Source of the DNA: Burkholderiales bacterium
Lineage (GTDB): Bacteria > Pseudomonadota > Gammaproteobacteria > Burkholderiales > SHXO01
Assembly (NCBI GenBank): GCA_046160525.1
Contig: JBJXGQ010000160.1
Location: forward strand, 9,096 to 73,095
DNA: 64,000 bases
Reading direction: 5' to 3'
Made by a program: the position numbers and the translations under genes. Below the pieces are notes generated by a model. The model ran no database searches, was not told the origin of the DNA, and was given only the letters and a program-made list of their open reading frames with translations. This document shows, one piece after another, positions 18,350-28,370 of this stretch (its first letter is position 1; the number at the start of each line of letters is the position of its first letter).

Positions 18350-19651
18350 ATGAAAAATATCTTCGTGACCGCGTTGATGGCCGCTGTGGTGTGCGCCGGT
18401 GCAAACGCGCAAACCACCCCCTCGGAATCGGTACTCCCAAGGCTCGCAAAGGTATTGAATCTGATCGATTCCAAGTATGTGAAGCCCGTGGACGAAGGCA
18501 AGTTGTTCACCGATGCCGTCAACGGACTGCTGAAGGGACTGGACCCGTACTCCACCTACTTGGACCCCGAGGCCTACCGCAAATTACAACAAGACGTTCA
18601 AGGCAAGTATGGCGGGCTCGGTATCGAGATGCGCAAGGACGGCGGTTTCTTCCGCGTCGTTTCCGTTATCGAGGACACTCCCGCCCATCGCGCCGGGCTC
18701 ATGCCGGGAGACCTAATCACGCGGCTGGACGATTCCAGCACCACCGATATGACGCTCGAACAAGCCGTGCGCCACACCCGTGGAACGCCCAATACGACCC
18801 TTACGCTCACCTTCTTGCGTGAAGGAGACTCCACGCCTCGTGTCCTTGAGTTGGAGCGCGAGCAAATCAAGGATCCCAGTGTACGGGCCGGCTTGATCGC
18901 GCCGCGCACCGCTTACTTGCGCCTCTCGCAATTTCACCGGCGCACGCCCGAGGAGATGGCACTAGCCCTTGAGAAACTCTCTCAGTCAACTCCCGGGGGT
19001 GTTACGGGAATCGTCCTCGATCTTCGGGACAATCTCGGTGGCAACTTGATCGCGGCAGTCGCCGTGGCCGGCGCGTTTCTCTCCAACGGAACCCTGGTCG
19101 TATACACCGAGGGCCTGTCGGAGGATTCCAAGCGCAAGTACCCGGTGCGTGCTCATCTGGGCCCCAAAAACACCGAGACCATTCCTCTCGTGGTGCTGGT
19201 CAACCAGCGCTCCGCGTCGGCATCTGAAATCGTCGCCGGTGCCCTGCAAGACCACCGCCGCGCCATCGTGCTGGGTACCCGCACCTACGGCAAAGGTTCC
19301 ATCCAGACGATCCTTCCCCTGGGGGATGGCGCCGCCGTGAAGCTCACGACCGCCCACTACTTCACACCCAACGGGCGCTCCATCGACAAACAAGGCGTCA
19401 CACCGGACCAGATAGTGGAGCAAGCGCCACCGGGTGGCAGCGAGGCCAGCGCCCAGAGCATTGCTCGCGGGCATCTGGCCTTCGAAAGCGAAGGGGATTC
19501 GGCTTCCAGCCGCATCGTCTGCGGCCTAGATCCATCTGCGCACCCTTCCGCCACAGCCCCCGCTATGCCACAAGAACCTGACCTTATCGACTGCCAGCTG
19601 CACCGCGCCTTGCAGGCTCTCACCAGGCAAAGCGTTTCGCGCGCACCGTAG
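18350..19651 (+). CDS. S41 family C-terminal processing peptidase
   Basis: ATG 18350 is preceded by GGAGG (18341-18345). Signal peptide MKNIFVTALMAAVVCAGANA, a PDZ region (GLGIEM...GDLITRLDD), and SASASEIVAGALQD / YGKGSIQ catalytic motifs. Confidence 0.9.
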   Translation: MKNIFVTALMAAVVCAGANAQTTPSESVLPRLAKVLNLIDSKYVKPVDEGKLFTDAVNGLLKGLDPYSTYLDPEAYRKLQQDVQGKYGGLGIEMRKDGGFFRVVSVIEDTPAHRAGLMPGDLITRLDDSSTTDMTLEQAVRHTRGTPNTTLTLTFLREGDSTPRVLELEREQIKDPSVRAGLIAPRTAYLRLSQFHRRTPEEMALALEKLSQSTPGGVTGIVLDLRDNLGGNLIAAVAVAGAFLSNGTLVVYTEGLSEDSKRKYPVRAHLGPKNTETIPLVVLVNQRSASASEIVAGALQDHRRAIVLGTRTYGKGSIQTILPLGDGAAVKLTTAHYFTPNGRSIDKQGVTPDQIVEQAPPGGSEASAQSIARGHLAFESEGDSASSRIVCGLDPSAHPSATAPAMPQEPDLIDCQLHRALQALTRQSVSRAP

Positions 19652-19663
19652 CGACCGGCTTGC

Positions 19664-20362
19664 CTATACCTTTACCAACCTGGCCAATTGCGGAAACATG
19701 AAGCGCTTTGCCTCGGCGTCCATTTCGGCCTTGAAGGTGTGCTTGCGCTTTAACTCCTCCACCCGCGCGACCGCGGGGCGCGCATTGATTTCGTCCAGGA
19801 GGCGCTTGAGGTTGGGAAGCTTCGCCCAATTTTCCTCGCCCCCCAGCACCAGCGGTACCAAGCGCGCCCATCCCCAGACCGCCATGTCGGCGATCGTATA
19901 AGTGGCACCCAGCATGTAGCGCCCCTTTCCAAGGCGCTCATCGATGATCTTCCAGTGGCGCTCGGCCTCGAAGTCGTAACGGTTGAGGGCATACTCCTTG
20001 GGTTCGGGCGCGTAATGGCGAAAATGCACCGCTTGGCCTGAGTAGGGGCCGATGCCGCTCGCCACGAACATGAGCCAAGAAAGCAGTTGCCCGCGCACTT
20101 CAGGGCGATCATTGTCCGCCGGAAGAAAGCGCTTGGTCTTGTCCGCCAGGTAGAGCAGGATCGCATTGCTATCGAACACCACGGCATCGCCATCCACGAT
20201 GGCGGGAACCTTGGCATTAGGGTTAACCGCCAGGTACTGCGCCTTGAACTGCTCTCCCTTGCGTGTATCCACGGGAATAGGCGTGTATTCGAGACCCGCC
20301 TCCTCCAGGAAGAGGGCAACCTTCATGGGATTGGGGGCGGCGTTGAAATAGAACTTGATCAA
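19664..20362 (-). CDS. Glutathione S-transferase, Nu class (YfcG-like)
   Basis: TTG start 20362 is preceded by GAGGAG at 7-nt spacing. MIKFYFNAAPNPMKVALFLEEAGLEY parallels E. coli YfcG. The zeta-class (MaiA) SSxxxRxRIAL motif is absent. Confidence 0.85.
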   Translation of the reverse strand: MIKFYFNAAPNPMKVALFLEEAGLEYTPIPVDTRKGEQFKAQYLAVNPNAKVPAIVDGDAVVFDSNAILLYLADKTKRFLPADNDRPEVRGQLLSWLMFVASGIGPYSGQAVHFRHYAPEPKEYALNRYDFEAERHWKIIDERLGKGRYMLGATYTIADMAVWGWARLVPLVLGGEENWAKLPNLKRLLDEINARPAVARVEELKRKHTFKAEMDAEAKRFMFPQLARLVKV

Positions 20363-20469
20363 TTTAAGTCTCCTCGTCGGTTGGTAGCTTGGTGATGCCC
20401 AAAGCGTGATGCACAATACACCACAAGACAGCCTATGTTTAGTCACCCCGATCTGGTTTTCCGAATGCC

Positions 20470-21786
20470 ATGACACTCGATGCCCAAGCCAATCTTTCCT
20501 ACCAAACGGGGTTCGGAAACGAATTCGCATCCGAGGCCTTGCCCGGCGCACTTCCCATTGGCCGCAACTCTCCGCAGAAGTGCCCCTATGGCCTGTATGC
20601 CGAGCAAATTTCGGGAACCGCTTTTACCGCGCCGCGCCACGACAACCGCCGCACCTGGCTCTATCGAATCCTTCCCGCCGCCAAGCACTCACCTTTCGAG
20701 CGCATAGACAATGGGCGCTGGACCAGCGATTTCTCCGTGCTTGGCGCGACCCCCAATCGATTGCGCTGGGAGCCGCTGCCTTCACCAGCGGTATCCGCGG
20801 ACTTCGTCGGTGGCATGATCACCATGGCGGGCAACGGGGACCCTCACACGCAAACAGGGTGCGGGATTCACCTCTACGCCATCAATCGCTCTATGACGGA
20901 CCGCTTTTTCTACAACGCCGACGGCGAAATGCTGGTGGTTCCGCAAGCCGGCGGATTGCGCTTCGCCACGGAATTGGGCGTGATCGATGTGCAACCCCAG
21001 GAAATCGTGGTCATTCCGCGCGGTATCCGATTCAGGGTTGAACTCCTGGAAGCCGAAGCCCGTGGCTATGTTTGCGAAAATTTTGGAGCGCCATTTCGCT
21101 TACCGGATTTGGGCCCCATCGGTTCCAACGGGCTCGCCAACCCGCGCGATTTTCTCTCGCCCACCGCGTGCTACGAAGACAGGGACGGGGATTTTTCTCT
21201 GACGACCAAATTCATGGGAAATCTGTGGTCCGCCCGCATCGGTCATTCACCGCTGGATGTGGTGGCATGGCATGGTAATCACGTCCCTTACAAGTACGAC
21301 TTGCGGCACTTCAACGTGTTGGGATCCACCAGCTTCGATCATCCGGACCCCTCGATATTCCTGGTGCTGCAATCAGTAAGCGATACGCCAGGCGTGGACA
21401 TGATCGATTTCGTTATTTTTCCGCCGCGCATCCTCGCCATGGAAAACACCTTGCGCCCGCCCTGGTTCCACCGCAATATCGCGAGCGAGTTCATGGGGCT
21501 CATCCACGGGGTCTACGACGCCAAGGCGCAAGGCTTCAACCCTGGAGGCGCCAGCCTGCACAATTGCATGAGCGGGCACGGGCCCGATGCGCAAACCTTC
21601 GAGAAAGGCTCCAACGCGGACACCAGCAAGCCCCAATACCTACGCGACACCATGGCCTTCATGTTCGAGACTCGCTACGCCATCCGGCCCACCCGATTTG
21701 CCATGGAATCGCCCCAATTACAAGCAGACTATCACCTCAGCTGGCAAAGTTTGCGCAAGCACTTCGATGCTGCCCGCCGCGGTTAG
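20470..21786 (+). CDS. hmgA: Homogentisate 1,2-dioxygenase
   Basis: 438 aa. [48 protein letters not shown] is the canonical HmgA N-terminus. Confidence 0.96.
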   Translation: MTLDAQANLSYQTGFGNEFASEALPGALPIGRNSPQKCPYGLYAEQISGTAFTAPRHDNRRTWLYRILPAAKHSPFERIDNGRWTSDFSVLGATPNRLRWEPLPSPAVSADFVGGMITMAGNGDPHTQTGCGIHLYAINRSMTDRFFYNADGEMLVVPQAGGLRFATELGVIDVQPQEIVVIPRGIRFRVELLEAEARGYVCENFGAPFRLPDLGPIGSNGLANPRDFLSPTACYEDRDGDFSLTTKFMGNLWSARIGHSPLDVVAWHGNHVPYKYDLRHFNVLGSTSFDHPDPSIFLVLQSVSDTPGVDMIDFVIFPPRILAMENTLRPPWFHRNIASEFMGLIHGVYDAKAQGFNPGGASLHNCMSGHGPDAQTFEKGSNADTSKPQYLRDTMAFMFETRYAIRPTRFAMESPQLQADYHLSWQSLRKHFDAARRG

Positions 21787-21818
21787 ACTAAGAGCGAAGA
21801 AAACTCCCCTGGCCTGAG

Positions 21819-23138
21819 ATGTACAAAACCAACGAAACGCACGACGCAAATTTGAGAAGCTGGGTCGAATCCGCCAACGAGCCCGGTTGCGACTTTCCCC
21901 TTCAGAACTTACCCTTCGGAGTCTTCCGGCGACAAGGGAGCAACGAGGATTTTCGCGGCGGGGTAGCCATTGGACGGGAGATTCTCGATCTCAAGGCTGC
22001 CTCCCACGCAGGTGTGTTCTCGGGCATGGCGGCGCGCGCGGTGCTTCAGTGCAGCCAGGCAACGCTCAACGCATTCTTCACCATGGGACCCCAGCCCTGG
22101 TCCGCACTGCGAGGAGCGCTCTCGCAAGCCCTGCGCGTGGGATCCAGTCACGCCGGTAAGTTGCGTGCATGCATGATCGAACAGGCGGAGGCCGAGTACG
22201 CCCTTCCCGCGACTATCGGGAACTACACGGACTTCTACGCGTCCGTTCATCACGCCACCAATGTCGGAAAACTCATGCGCCCGGACAATCCTTTGCTGCC
22301 CAATTACAAATGGGTCCCCATTGGATATCACGGGCGCGGCTCATCCCTGCGCGTCGCCGGGCGCGATTTCCACCGCCCCTGGGGCCAGACCATTCCCCCC
22401 GGAGCGGACAAACCCACCCTTGGTCCCTCCAAGCGGCTGGATTACGAACTGGAGGTGGGGATCTACGTCGGATGCGGTAATGAACTCGGACAACGCGTGC
22501 CTATCGAGAAAGCCGAACAGCACGTCTTCGGCCTTTGCCTGCTCAACGATTGGTCGGCGCGGGACATCCAGGCTTGGGAATACCAACCCTTGGGGCCATT
22601 TCTGGCGAAGAGTTTCGCCACCACGGTTTCACCGTGGATCGTGACGCTGGAGGCCCTGGCCCCCTACCGTCTGGCATGGACACGGCCAGAGCAAGATCCC
22701 CAGCCCCTGCCCTACCTCGACTCCAAGGTTAACCGCGACTTCGGTGCCATCGACCTGAAGCTCGAAGCCTGGTTGGAGACGCAAAAGATGCGCTCAGCAG
22801 GACATCCGCCCAGCCGCCTGTCACAAACGAGTTTCAAGCATTCCTACTGGACCATGGCGCAATTAGTGGCCCACCATACCGTCAATGGATGCGATCTTCA
22901 CCCAGGAGATCTATTGGGCAGCGGCACTCAATCCGGGCCCACGGCGGAAGAACTCGGATCTTTGCTGGAGATTACCCAAGGCGGCAAACAGCCGCTGAAG
23001 CTCGGGAATGACGAGGCGCGCACTTTTCTTGAGGACGCAGACCGCGTCATTCTTCGGGGCTGGTGCGAGCGCGCTGGCTTCGCACGCATCGGTTTCGGAG
23101 AATGCAGCGCCACGGTGCTTCCCGCCCTCCCCTCGTGA
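21819..23138 (+). CDS. fahA: Fumarylacetoacetase
   Basis: 439 aa. FPLQNLPFGVF, GYHGRGSS and LLNDWSARDIQAWEYQPLGPF are FAH motifs. It follows hmgA by 32 nt. Confidence 0.95.
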   Translation: MYKTNETHDANLRSWVESANEPGCDFPLQNLPFGVFRRQGSNEDFRGGVAIGREILDLKAASHAGVFSGMAARAVLQCSQATLNAFFTMGPQPWSALRGALSQALRVGSSHAGKLRACMIEQAEAEYALPATIGNYTDFYASVHHATNVGKLMRPDNPLLPNYKWVPIGYHGRGSSLRVAGRDFHRPWGQTIPPGADKPTLGPSKRLDYELEVGIYVGCGNELGQRVPIEKAEQHVFGLCLLNDWSARDIQAWEYQPLGPFLAKSFATTVSPWIVTLEALAPYRLAWTRPEQDPQPLPYLDSKVNRDFGAIDLKLEAWLETQKMRSAGHPPSRLSQTSFKHSYWTMAQLVAHHTVNGCDLHPGDLLGSGTQSGPTAEELGSLLEITQGGKQPLKLGNDEARTFLEDADRVILRGWCERAGFARIGFGECSATVLPALPS

Positions 23139-23253
23139 AACCAGCCTCCTCAAAAGAGTTCCTACAGATTCATTTACCGCTGCCGATGTCCCGGCAAGGA
23201 TCCCCACATCTCGGCGCGGCGGCCTATGCCAGCGGCGCACAAGGAGGTTGATC

Positions 23254-24129
23254 ATGACTGTTGAACGATGCCGCAATGCCTTGGCCCTCGCCGCGTTAGC
23301 GAGTCTTGTGAGTCCTTGCGTTACCGTGCTCGCGGCCTGCCCGACCCACATGGAAGTCCTGGCCATTGTTACGGCCTACACCAACAAGACCCCCATCGAG
23401 TCATTGACACGGCTGCGCGATATGGACGATGCCTATTGCGCGCAAGGCCTAATAGCCGCTGAAATTGGGCGAAGCATGGGGGTCATGACTGGATACAAGG
23501 CAGCATTCACCAGCGATAGCGTGCAGGCCCAATACCACACTGGCGAACCCCGGCGCGGATTTCTGTACGAAAAGATGTTCTTGAAGAACGGCGTGACGGT
23601 AGCCGCCGATTTCGGTGCCCGCCCCCAATTCGCGGCCGACTTGATCATGGTGGTCAAGGATTACAACCTGCACGACGCCCGCACACCTCTGCAAGCGCTT
23701 TCCCATCTCTCCCATGTTGTCCCCTTCATAGAGCTGTCTGACCTCATGATCGGGCATGACCAGACCGTGACCGCCTTGAATCTGGTCGCCACGAACATGG
23801 GCACTCGCATGGGGGTGCTGGGCACGCCTATTCCCGTGCAAGCGACACAAGAGTTTCTCGATCGGCTCGCCAACATGGTGGTCATCATGCGCGACCATGA
23901 AGACAACGAGCTGGGCCGCGCCCGCGGTAGTGAAATGCTGGGCAACCCGGTAGCAGCCCTTCTGTGGCTCGCCAAGGATCTTGCCGACAACGGGCAGCGC
24001 ATCCAGATGAGTGATCGCATCAGCGTGGGCGCATTCTTCCCCGGCGGCACACCCAAACCGGGCCTCGCCATCAACGTGCAATACCAAGGCCTTCCCGGCG
24101 ATCCGAGCGTAGCGGTGAAGTTTCGCTAG
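23254..24129 (+). CDS. 2-keto-4-pentenoate hydratase / 4-oxalocrotonate decarboxylase family protein with an N-terminal signal/lipoprotein-like extension
   Basis: ATG 23254 is preceded by AAGGAGG (23241-23247). GYKAAFTSDSVQAQYHTGEPRRGFLY fits the MhpD-type G-[YW]-K-x-G-x-TS motif. The first ~30 aa (ALALAALASLVSPCVTVLAAC) look like an export signal. Confidence 0.8.
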   Translation: MTVERCRNALALAALASLVSPCVTVLAACPTHMEVLAIVTAYTNKTPIESLTRLRDMDDAYCAQGLIAAEIGRSMGVMTGYKAAFTSDSVQAQYHTGEPRRGFLYEKMFLKNGVTVAADFGARPQFAADLIMVVKDYNLHDARTPLQALSHLSHVVPFIELSDLMIGHDQTVTALNLVATNMGTRMGVLGTPIPVQATQEFLDRLANMVVIMRDHEDNELGRARGSEMLGNPVAALLWLAKDLADNGQRIQMSDRISVGAFFPGGTPKPGLAINVQYQGLPGDPSVAVKFR

Positions 24130-24137
24130 CTTAGGCA

Positions 24138-25181
24138 ATGGACAAAAAACTTCTCGGCGAACTGCGCGCTCGTTACGCAGGCGGGAAGGGCGGGGAATTA
24201 TTCGATCCCGAGTTCAAACGGGTGGCCGATGCCCAATTCCAAAACGGCGAGAAACGCAAGTTGCCCTATGCCGATCCGGCCACCTTTCTGGGCCTGCCCT
24301 TCATCCCGCAGAGTGCGCAAGGCAATGGGATTGCCGGTCTAGACGTAGCTGTCATAGGCGTGCCCATGGATTTGGGCGTGACCAACCGGGCGGGCGCCCG
24401 CTTGGGACCCCGAGCGGTGCGCGCGGTGGAGCGCATCGGCCCCTACGAACACGTACTGCGTGCGGCACCCGCGGCTGAAGTGCGGGCGGCGGACATCGGC
24501 GATGTTCCTTTTCGCAGCCGCTTTGACTTGGAGTCTTGCCACCAAGATATCGAAGCGTTTTTCAGCGCTATCCACGCGAGCAAGGTGATCCCGCTGGCCG
24601 TCGGAGGCGATCACTCCATCAGCTATTCGATCTTGCGTGCCTTGGGCCGCGAGCGGCCCGTGGGGATGATTCACCTGGATGCCCATTGCGATACGGGCGG
24701 TGTCTACGAGGGCTCGAAGTTTCACCATGGCGGCCCCTTTCGCCAAGCGGTGTTGGATGGCGTGCTGGATCCCGCACGCACCATACAGATCGGCATTCGC
24801 GGGGGGGCGGAGTATCTATGGGAATTCTCCTACGCATCCGGCATGACGGTCATTCACGCCGAGGAAATGGTGGAAATGGGATTGGGCGCCGTCATCGCCA
24901 AGGCGCGCGCAGTCGCGGGAGACGGCCCGGTCTATCTGTCCTTCGACGTGGATTGCCTGGACCCCGCCTTCGCGCCGGGAACGGGAACGCCCGAGGTGGG
25001 CGGCCTCAGCTCGCGCGAGGCGCTCACCATCGTGCGCGGCATGAATGGCATTGATCTGGTGGGTGCGGATGTCGTGGAGGTCGCCCCGCAATACGACGGC
25101 ACCACCAATACCGCTCACATCGCCGCGCAGATACTGTTCACCGAACTGTGCCTGGCGGCAACGGCAATCAAGGCGCGATAG
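24138..25181 (+). CDS. Ureohydrolase (agmatinase / guanidino-acid hydrolase family)
   Basis: 347 aa with Mn-site motifs GGDHSISY, LDAHCDTGG and SFDVDCLDPAFAPGTGTPE. It starts 8 nt after the preceding gene. Confidence 0.9.
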   Translation: MDKKLLGELRARYAGGKGGELFDPEFKRVADAQFQNGEKRKLPYADPATFLGLPFIPQSAQGNGIAGLDVAVIGVPMDLGVTNRAGARLGPRAVRAVERIGPYEHVLRAAPAAEVRAADIGDVPFRSRFDLESCHQDIEAFFSAIHASKVIPLAVGGDHSISYSILRALGRERPVGMIHLDAHCDTGGVYEGSKFHHGGPFRQAVLDGVLDPARTIQIGIRGGAEYLWEFSYASGMTVIHAEEMVEMGLGAVIAKARAVAGDGPVYLSFDVDCLDPAFAPGTGTPEVGGLSSREALTIVRGMNGIDLVGADVVEVAPQYDGTTNTAHIAAQILFTELCLAATAIKAR

Positions 25182-26227
25182 TGTTCGGCCATCCCGATTA
25201 CGACGGGCATGAATGCGTCATCCATGTGCGCGACGCGCGCAGCGGGCTGCGAGCCATCATCGCCATTCACGACACCACCCTTGGCCCGGCCTTCGGAGGC
25301 TGCCGCATGCGCGTCTATGCGAACGATGCGGACGCCCTCGCGGACGCTTTGCGCTTGTCGCGCGGAATGACCTTTAAGTCCGCGATCTGCAATCTTCCTT
25401 ATGGAGGCGGAAAGTCCGTCATCATAGGCGACCCGGTGCGGGATAAAACACCGGAGCTTCTGCGCGCCATGGGGCGCGCGGTGGAGGATCTCGCAGGGCG
25501 TTACATCATCGCCGATGACGTGGGTACCACCTTGGCCGACCTCGCGCTCATGCGCCAAGCCACGACTCACACCGCGGCCGCTACGCAATCCGCGCAACAG
25601 CCTTTGGGGGTCACGGCCCACGGCGTGTTCAACGCCATGCTGGCGGCCATCGAACATGTTTATGGCCGCACGAGCTGCCAAGGCTTGCGCGTCGCGGTGC
25701 AAGGGCTCGGAAATGTTGGCGGGCCCCTGTGCGAACTACTGAGGGCGCAAGGTGCGCAACTCATCGTGTGCGACACGGACGCCGGGCGTGCCACCAGGGC
25801 CACGCAGGATTGGCAGGCCATCGTGGTTCCTCCGGAGGATATTTACCATCAGGAAGCCGATATCTTCGCGCCTTGTGCCCTGGGCGGCATATTGAACAGC
25901 GAGACACTGCCGCGCCTCAAAGCACGCGTAGTGTGCGGCGGGGCCAACAACCAGCTTGCGGACAGTTCCCATGCGCGGCAACTGCACGCGCGCGGCATCC
26001 TCTATGTGCCGGATTATCTCGCCAGCGCTGGGGGCGTGATCGATTTTCACCAGGAAAGCATCGACGATTCCCCCAGGGCCGTGCTCCTGGCCGTGGAGCG
26101 TATCCGGGGGATCACCGCCAGTGTCTTGCAGGACGCCCGCGATACCGGTGTCACGCCACTTCAGGCCGCAAACGATCGCGTTCGCAGACGCCTCGCTCAA
26201 GTCTCGCCAGCGTTCTCCACGGCGTGA
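25181..26227 (+). CDS. Glu/Leu/Phe/Val dehydrogenase family protein (Leu/Phe-dehydrogenase-like)
   Basis: GTG 25181 overlaps the ureohydrolase TAG stop (TAGTG). GLRAIIAIHDTTLGPAFGGCRM, catalytic-Lys motif LPYGGGKSVI and NAD-binding fold VQGLGNVGG are present. The track start 25148 lies inside the previous gene. Confidence 0.88.
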   Translation: MFGHPDYDGHECVIHVRDARSGLRAIIAIHDTTLGPAFGGCRMRVYANDADALADALRLSRGMTFKSAICNLPYGGGKSVIIGDPVRDKTPELLRAMGRAVEDLAGRYIIADDVGTTLADLALMRQATTHTAAATQSAQQPLGVTAHGVFNAMLAAIEHVYGRTSCQGLRVAVQGLGNVGGPLCELLRAQGAQLIVCDTDAGRATRATQDWQAIVVPPEDIYHQEADIFAPCALGGILNSETLPRLKARVVCGGANNQLADSSHARQLHARGILYVPDYLASAGGVIDFHQESIDDSPRAVLLAVERIRGITASVLQDARDTGVTPLQAANDRVRRRLAQVSPAFSTA

Positions 26228-26934
26228 ACAACGGGCTTACGCCAGAGGCTGGGGCCTTTGCGCCCTTTTTCGATGTCGTCAAGCATCCGCTCGTGAGCGT
26301 GTAACTCCTCCTCGGTAGCCAGGATCAAGGGAAGATCGAGAACAGCGTTGGCCGCCAGCTCTCTCGCCTCTCCAGATGCGGGGGCCACCACGTCCATGAC
26401 CAAGGAGTCCTGTCCCCGGGTCATGGCGAGAAACACTTCCGCCAGCAGCCGCGCGTCGAGCAACGCACCGTGTACAGTGCGATGGGAGTTGTCGATTTGA
26501 TAGCGCTCGCATAGGGCATCGAGATTCGCGCGCTTGCCGGGATTGAGATCCTTGGCGATGCGCAGCGTGTCGGTCACTTTGCTGCAATAGTCCTTGAGAG
26601 CGCCGTGGCCCGCCAGCGCGAATTCCGCGTTGAGAAATCCTACGTCGAAAGGTGCGTTATGGATGACCAACTCGGCGCCACGGATGAATTCGATAAACTC
26701 CGTGGCGACATCCTTGAAGTGCGGTTTGTCCTGGAGAAACTCGATGCCGATGCCGTGCACGTCACGTGCGCCGGCGTCGATATCGCGATCCGGATTCAAG
26801 TAACGCTGAAAGCTGTTACCAGTGAGACGGCGGTCGATGATCTCAACGGCCGCCACTTCGATGATGCGATGGCCCTGGGACACTTCCAGGCCCGTGGTCT
26901 CCGTATCGAGCACCACTTGGCGTAGCGCACTCAT
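26197..26934 (-). CDS. dnaQ: DNA polymerase III epsilon subunit (3'-5' exonuclease)
   Basis: The family N-terminus [16 protein letters not shown] starts at ATG 26934, in an ATGA overlap with the rnhA stop. Exo motifs [10 protein letters not shown] and HGALLDA are present. Confidence 0.93.
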   Translation of the reverse strand: MSALRQVVLDTETTGLEVSQGHRIIEVAAVEIIDRRLTGNSFQRYLNPDRDIDAGARDVHGIGIEFLQDKPHFKDVATEFIEFIRGAELVIHNAPFDVGFLNAEFALAGHGALKDYCSKVTDTLRIAKDLNPGKRANLDALCERYQIDNSHRTVHGALLDARLLAEVFLAMTRGQDSLVMDVVAPASGEARELAANAVLDLPLILATEEELHAHERMLDDIEKGRKGPSLWRKPVVHAVENAGET

Positions 26935-27371
26935 GGGTTCAGAGACTCCACGCCCAAGTTCGCCAACTGGTCCGCGCGTTCGTTTCCAGCGTGGCCCGCG
27001 TGCCCTTTCACCCAAATCCACTCGGTGTCGTGGCCCGCGGCAAGCTCGTCGAGCTGTTTCCACAGATCCTCGTTCTTGACTGGCTTCTTATCCGCCGTGC
27101 GCCATCCCCGCCGCTTCCAGTTGTGAATCCACTGCGTGATGCCTAGCTGAACGTATTGCGAATCGGTGTGTATTCGAACCTTGCAACGCCGCTTGAGCGC
27201 CATGAGACCCTGAATCACGGCGGTAAGCTCCATTCTGTTATTCGTCGTCTTGGCTTCGCCTCCGTGTAGCTCGCGAGTGTTTTCGCCGCGAGCCAGTATG
27301 ACGCCCCAACCACCGGGACCTGGATTGCCCTTGCAGGCGCCATCGGTAAACATGTCGACGGTCTCGCTCAC
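26931..27371 (-). CDS. rnhA: Ribonuclease HI
   Basis: GTG 27371 overlaps the upstream methyltransferase stop (GTGA). (M)[29 protein letters not shown] and [14 protein letters not shown] are present. The track ORF is over-extended to 27758. Confidence 0.93.
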   Translation of the reverse strand: MSETVDMFTDGACKGNPGPGGWGVILARGENTRELHGGEAKTTNNRMELTAVIQGLMALKRRCKVRIHTDSQYVQLGITQWIHNWKRRGWRTADKKPVKNEDLWKQLDELAAGHDTEWIWVKGHAGHAGNERADQLANLGVESLNP

Positions 27372-28132
27372 CGCTCTTGCTCCTGCGTATCTTTCTGAGT
27401 CATGGAGGCTCCGCCCACGCGGCGGGGTACGGCGGCGAGCGCCTTGCTCTTTAGCCCGGAGCGCTTCCACTTGGGCATGATCAAGCGCATGCCATGCACG
27501 CGCTTGATGCCATGGAGCACGTAAACGCCTCCCATGAAAGGCCACCAGCGGTCTCCCGCCGCATCCAGGAATCCGAAGCGTTGCAGCCACTCTTCGCGCC
27601 GCACGGGTGGCAAGTAACAACGCATGCGTCCCGCCGCCAGTTCGACCCCCAATAGCTTCATCCAATCCTTCAGGCGCGGCAAGTTGATGAATTCGCCGCA
27701 CCAGGGAAAGCGGGCCGTCTTGGATTCGAACATCTGGCGCACACCCCACAGGCTCCACGGGTTAAACCCGGTGATGACCACATGCCCGTCGGGCATGAGC
27801 ACGCGAGCCACCTCTCGCAACACCTCGTGGGGATTGGTACTGAACTCCAATACGTGGGGCATCACCACCAAATCGACGCTTTGGGAGAGCAAAGGCAGTG
27901 CTTCAAAGTCTCCAGTTATCTCGCCCCCGCCCTCGGGATCCAAGTGGTAGCGGTAGGGAATTCGGTTGCTCTTCAGGAAGTCCATCCCTGGCAGCCCCAA
28001 TTGCAGGGAGTGGAATCCGAAGACATCCGCGACCTCGTGATCGATACAAGCCTGCTCGGACTTCAACAAATACTGCCCTAACGGGGTAGACAACCACTGG
28101 CCTAGGCTATCGGCTAAGGCTTCATCGTGCAT
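27368..28132 (-). CDS. Class I SAM-dependent methyltransferase (YafS-like, rnhA-linked)
   Basis: Start at ATG 28132 ([14 protein letters not shown]...). [12 protein letters not shown] and [19 protein letters not shown] are present. The position next to rnhA-dnaQ matches the enterobacterial yafS neighbourhood. Confidence 0.85.
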   Translation of the reverse strand: MHDEALADSLGQWLSTPLGQYLLKSEQACIDHEVADVFGFHSLQLGLPGMDFLKSNRIPYRYHLDPEGGGEITGDFEALPLLSQSVDLVVMPHVLEFSTNPHEVLREVARVLMPDGHVVITGFNPWSLWGVRQMFESKTARFPWCGEFINLPRLKDWMKLLGVELAAGRMRCYLPPVRREEWLQRFGFLDAAGDRWWPFMGGVYVLHGIKRVHGMRLIMPKWKRSGLKSKALAAVPRRVGGASMTQKDTQEQER

Positions 28133-28340
28133 TGCAAGTTTCCATTGGCATAACCAAGCGTGGATATTCGCCTTTCCAGCACCTAAAAACAACTCCCTCG
28201 TTTCGTTCTCACGCCATCCACCGGAGGGGGCTCGCGGTATAGCGCAATGCGAAAAATCTATCCATGGGAGCTATTGGGCGCGGCCCTTGCTGGCTAAGCC
28301 TAGACATTCAATACCTCTCTGAGGTATTCCCTCTAAGTTA

Positions 28341-28370
28341 TTGACTAACCGAAGATTACTCGGTTAACAT
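28341..28370 (+). promoter_or_regulatory. Candidate mltD promoter with embedded dyad operator
   Basis: TTGACT (28341-28346), an 18-nt spacer, then TAACAT (28365-28370). A perfect dyad TAACCGA-N7-TCGGTTA (28346-28366) fills the spacer. Confidence 0.3.

Noticed and set aside
23139-23253. A guanidine or other riboswitch ahead of the hydratase-ureohydrolase-dehydrogenase trio.
   Set aside because: The 115-nt spacer shows no paired ACGR-loop hairpins (mini-ykkC type) and no ykkC-like conserved core that I can recognise. This needs an Rfam scan to exclude formally.
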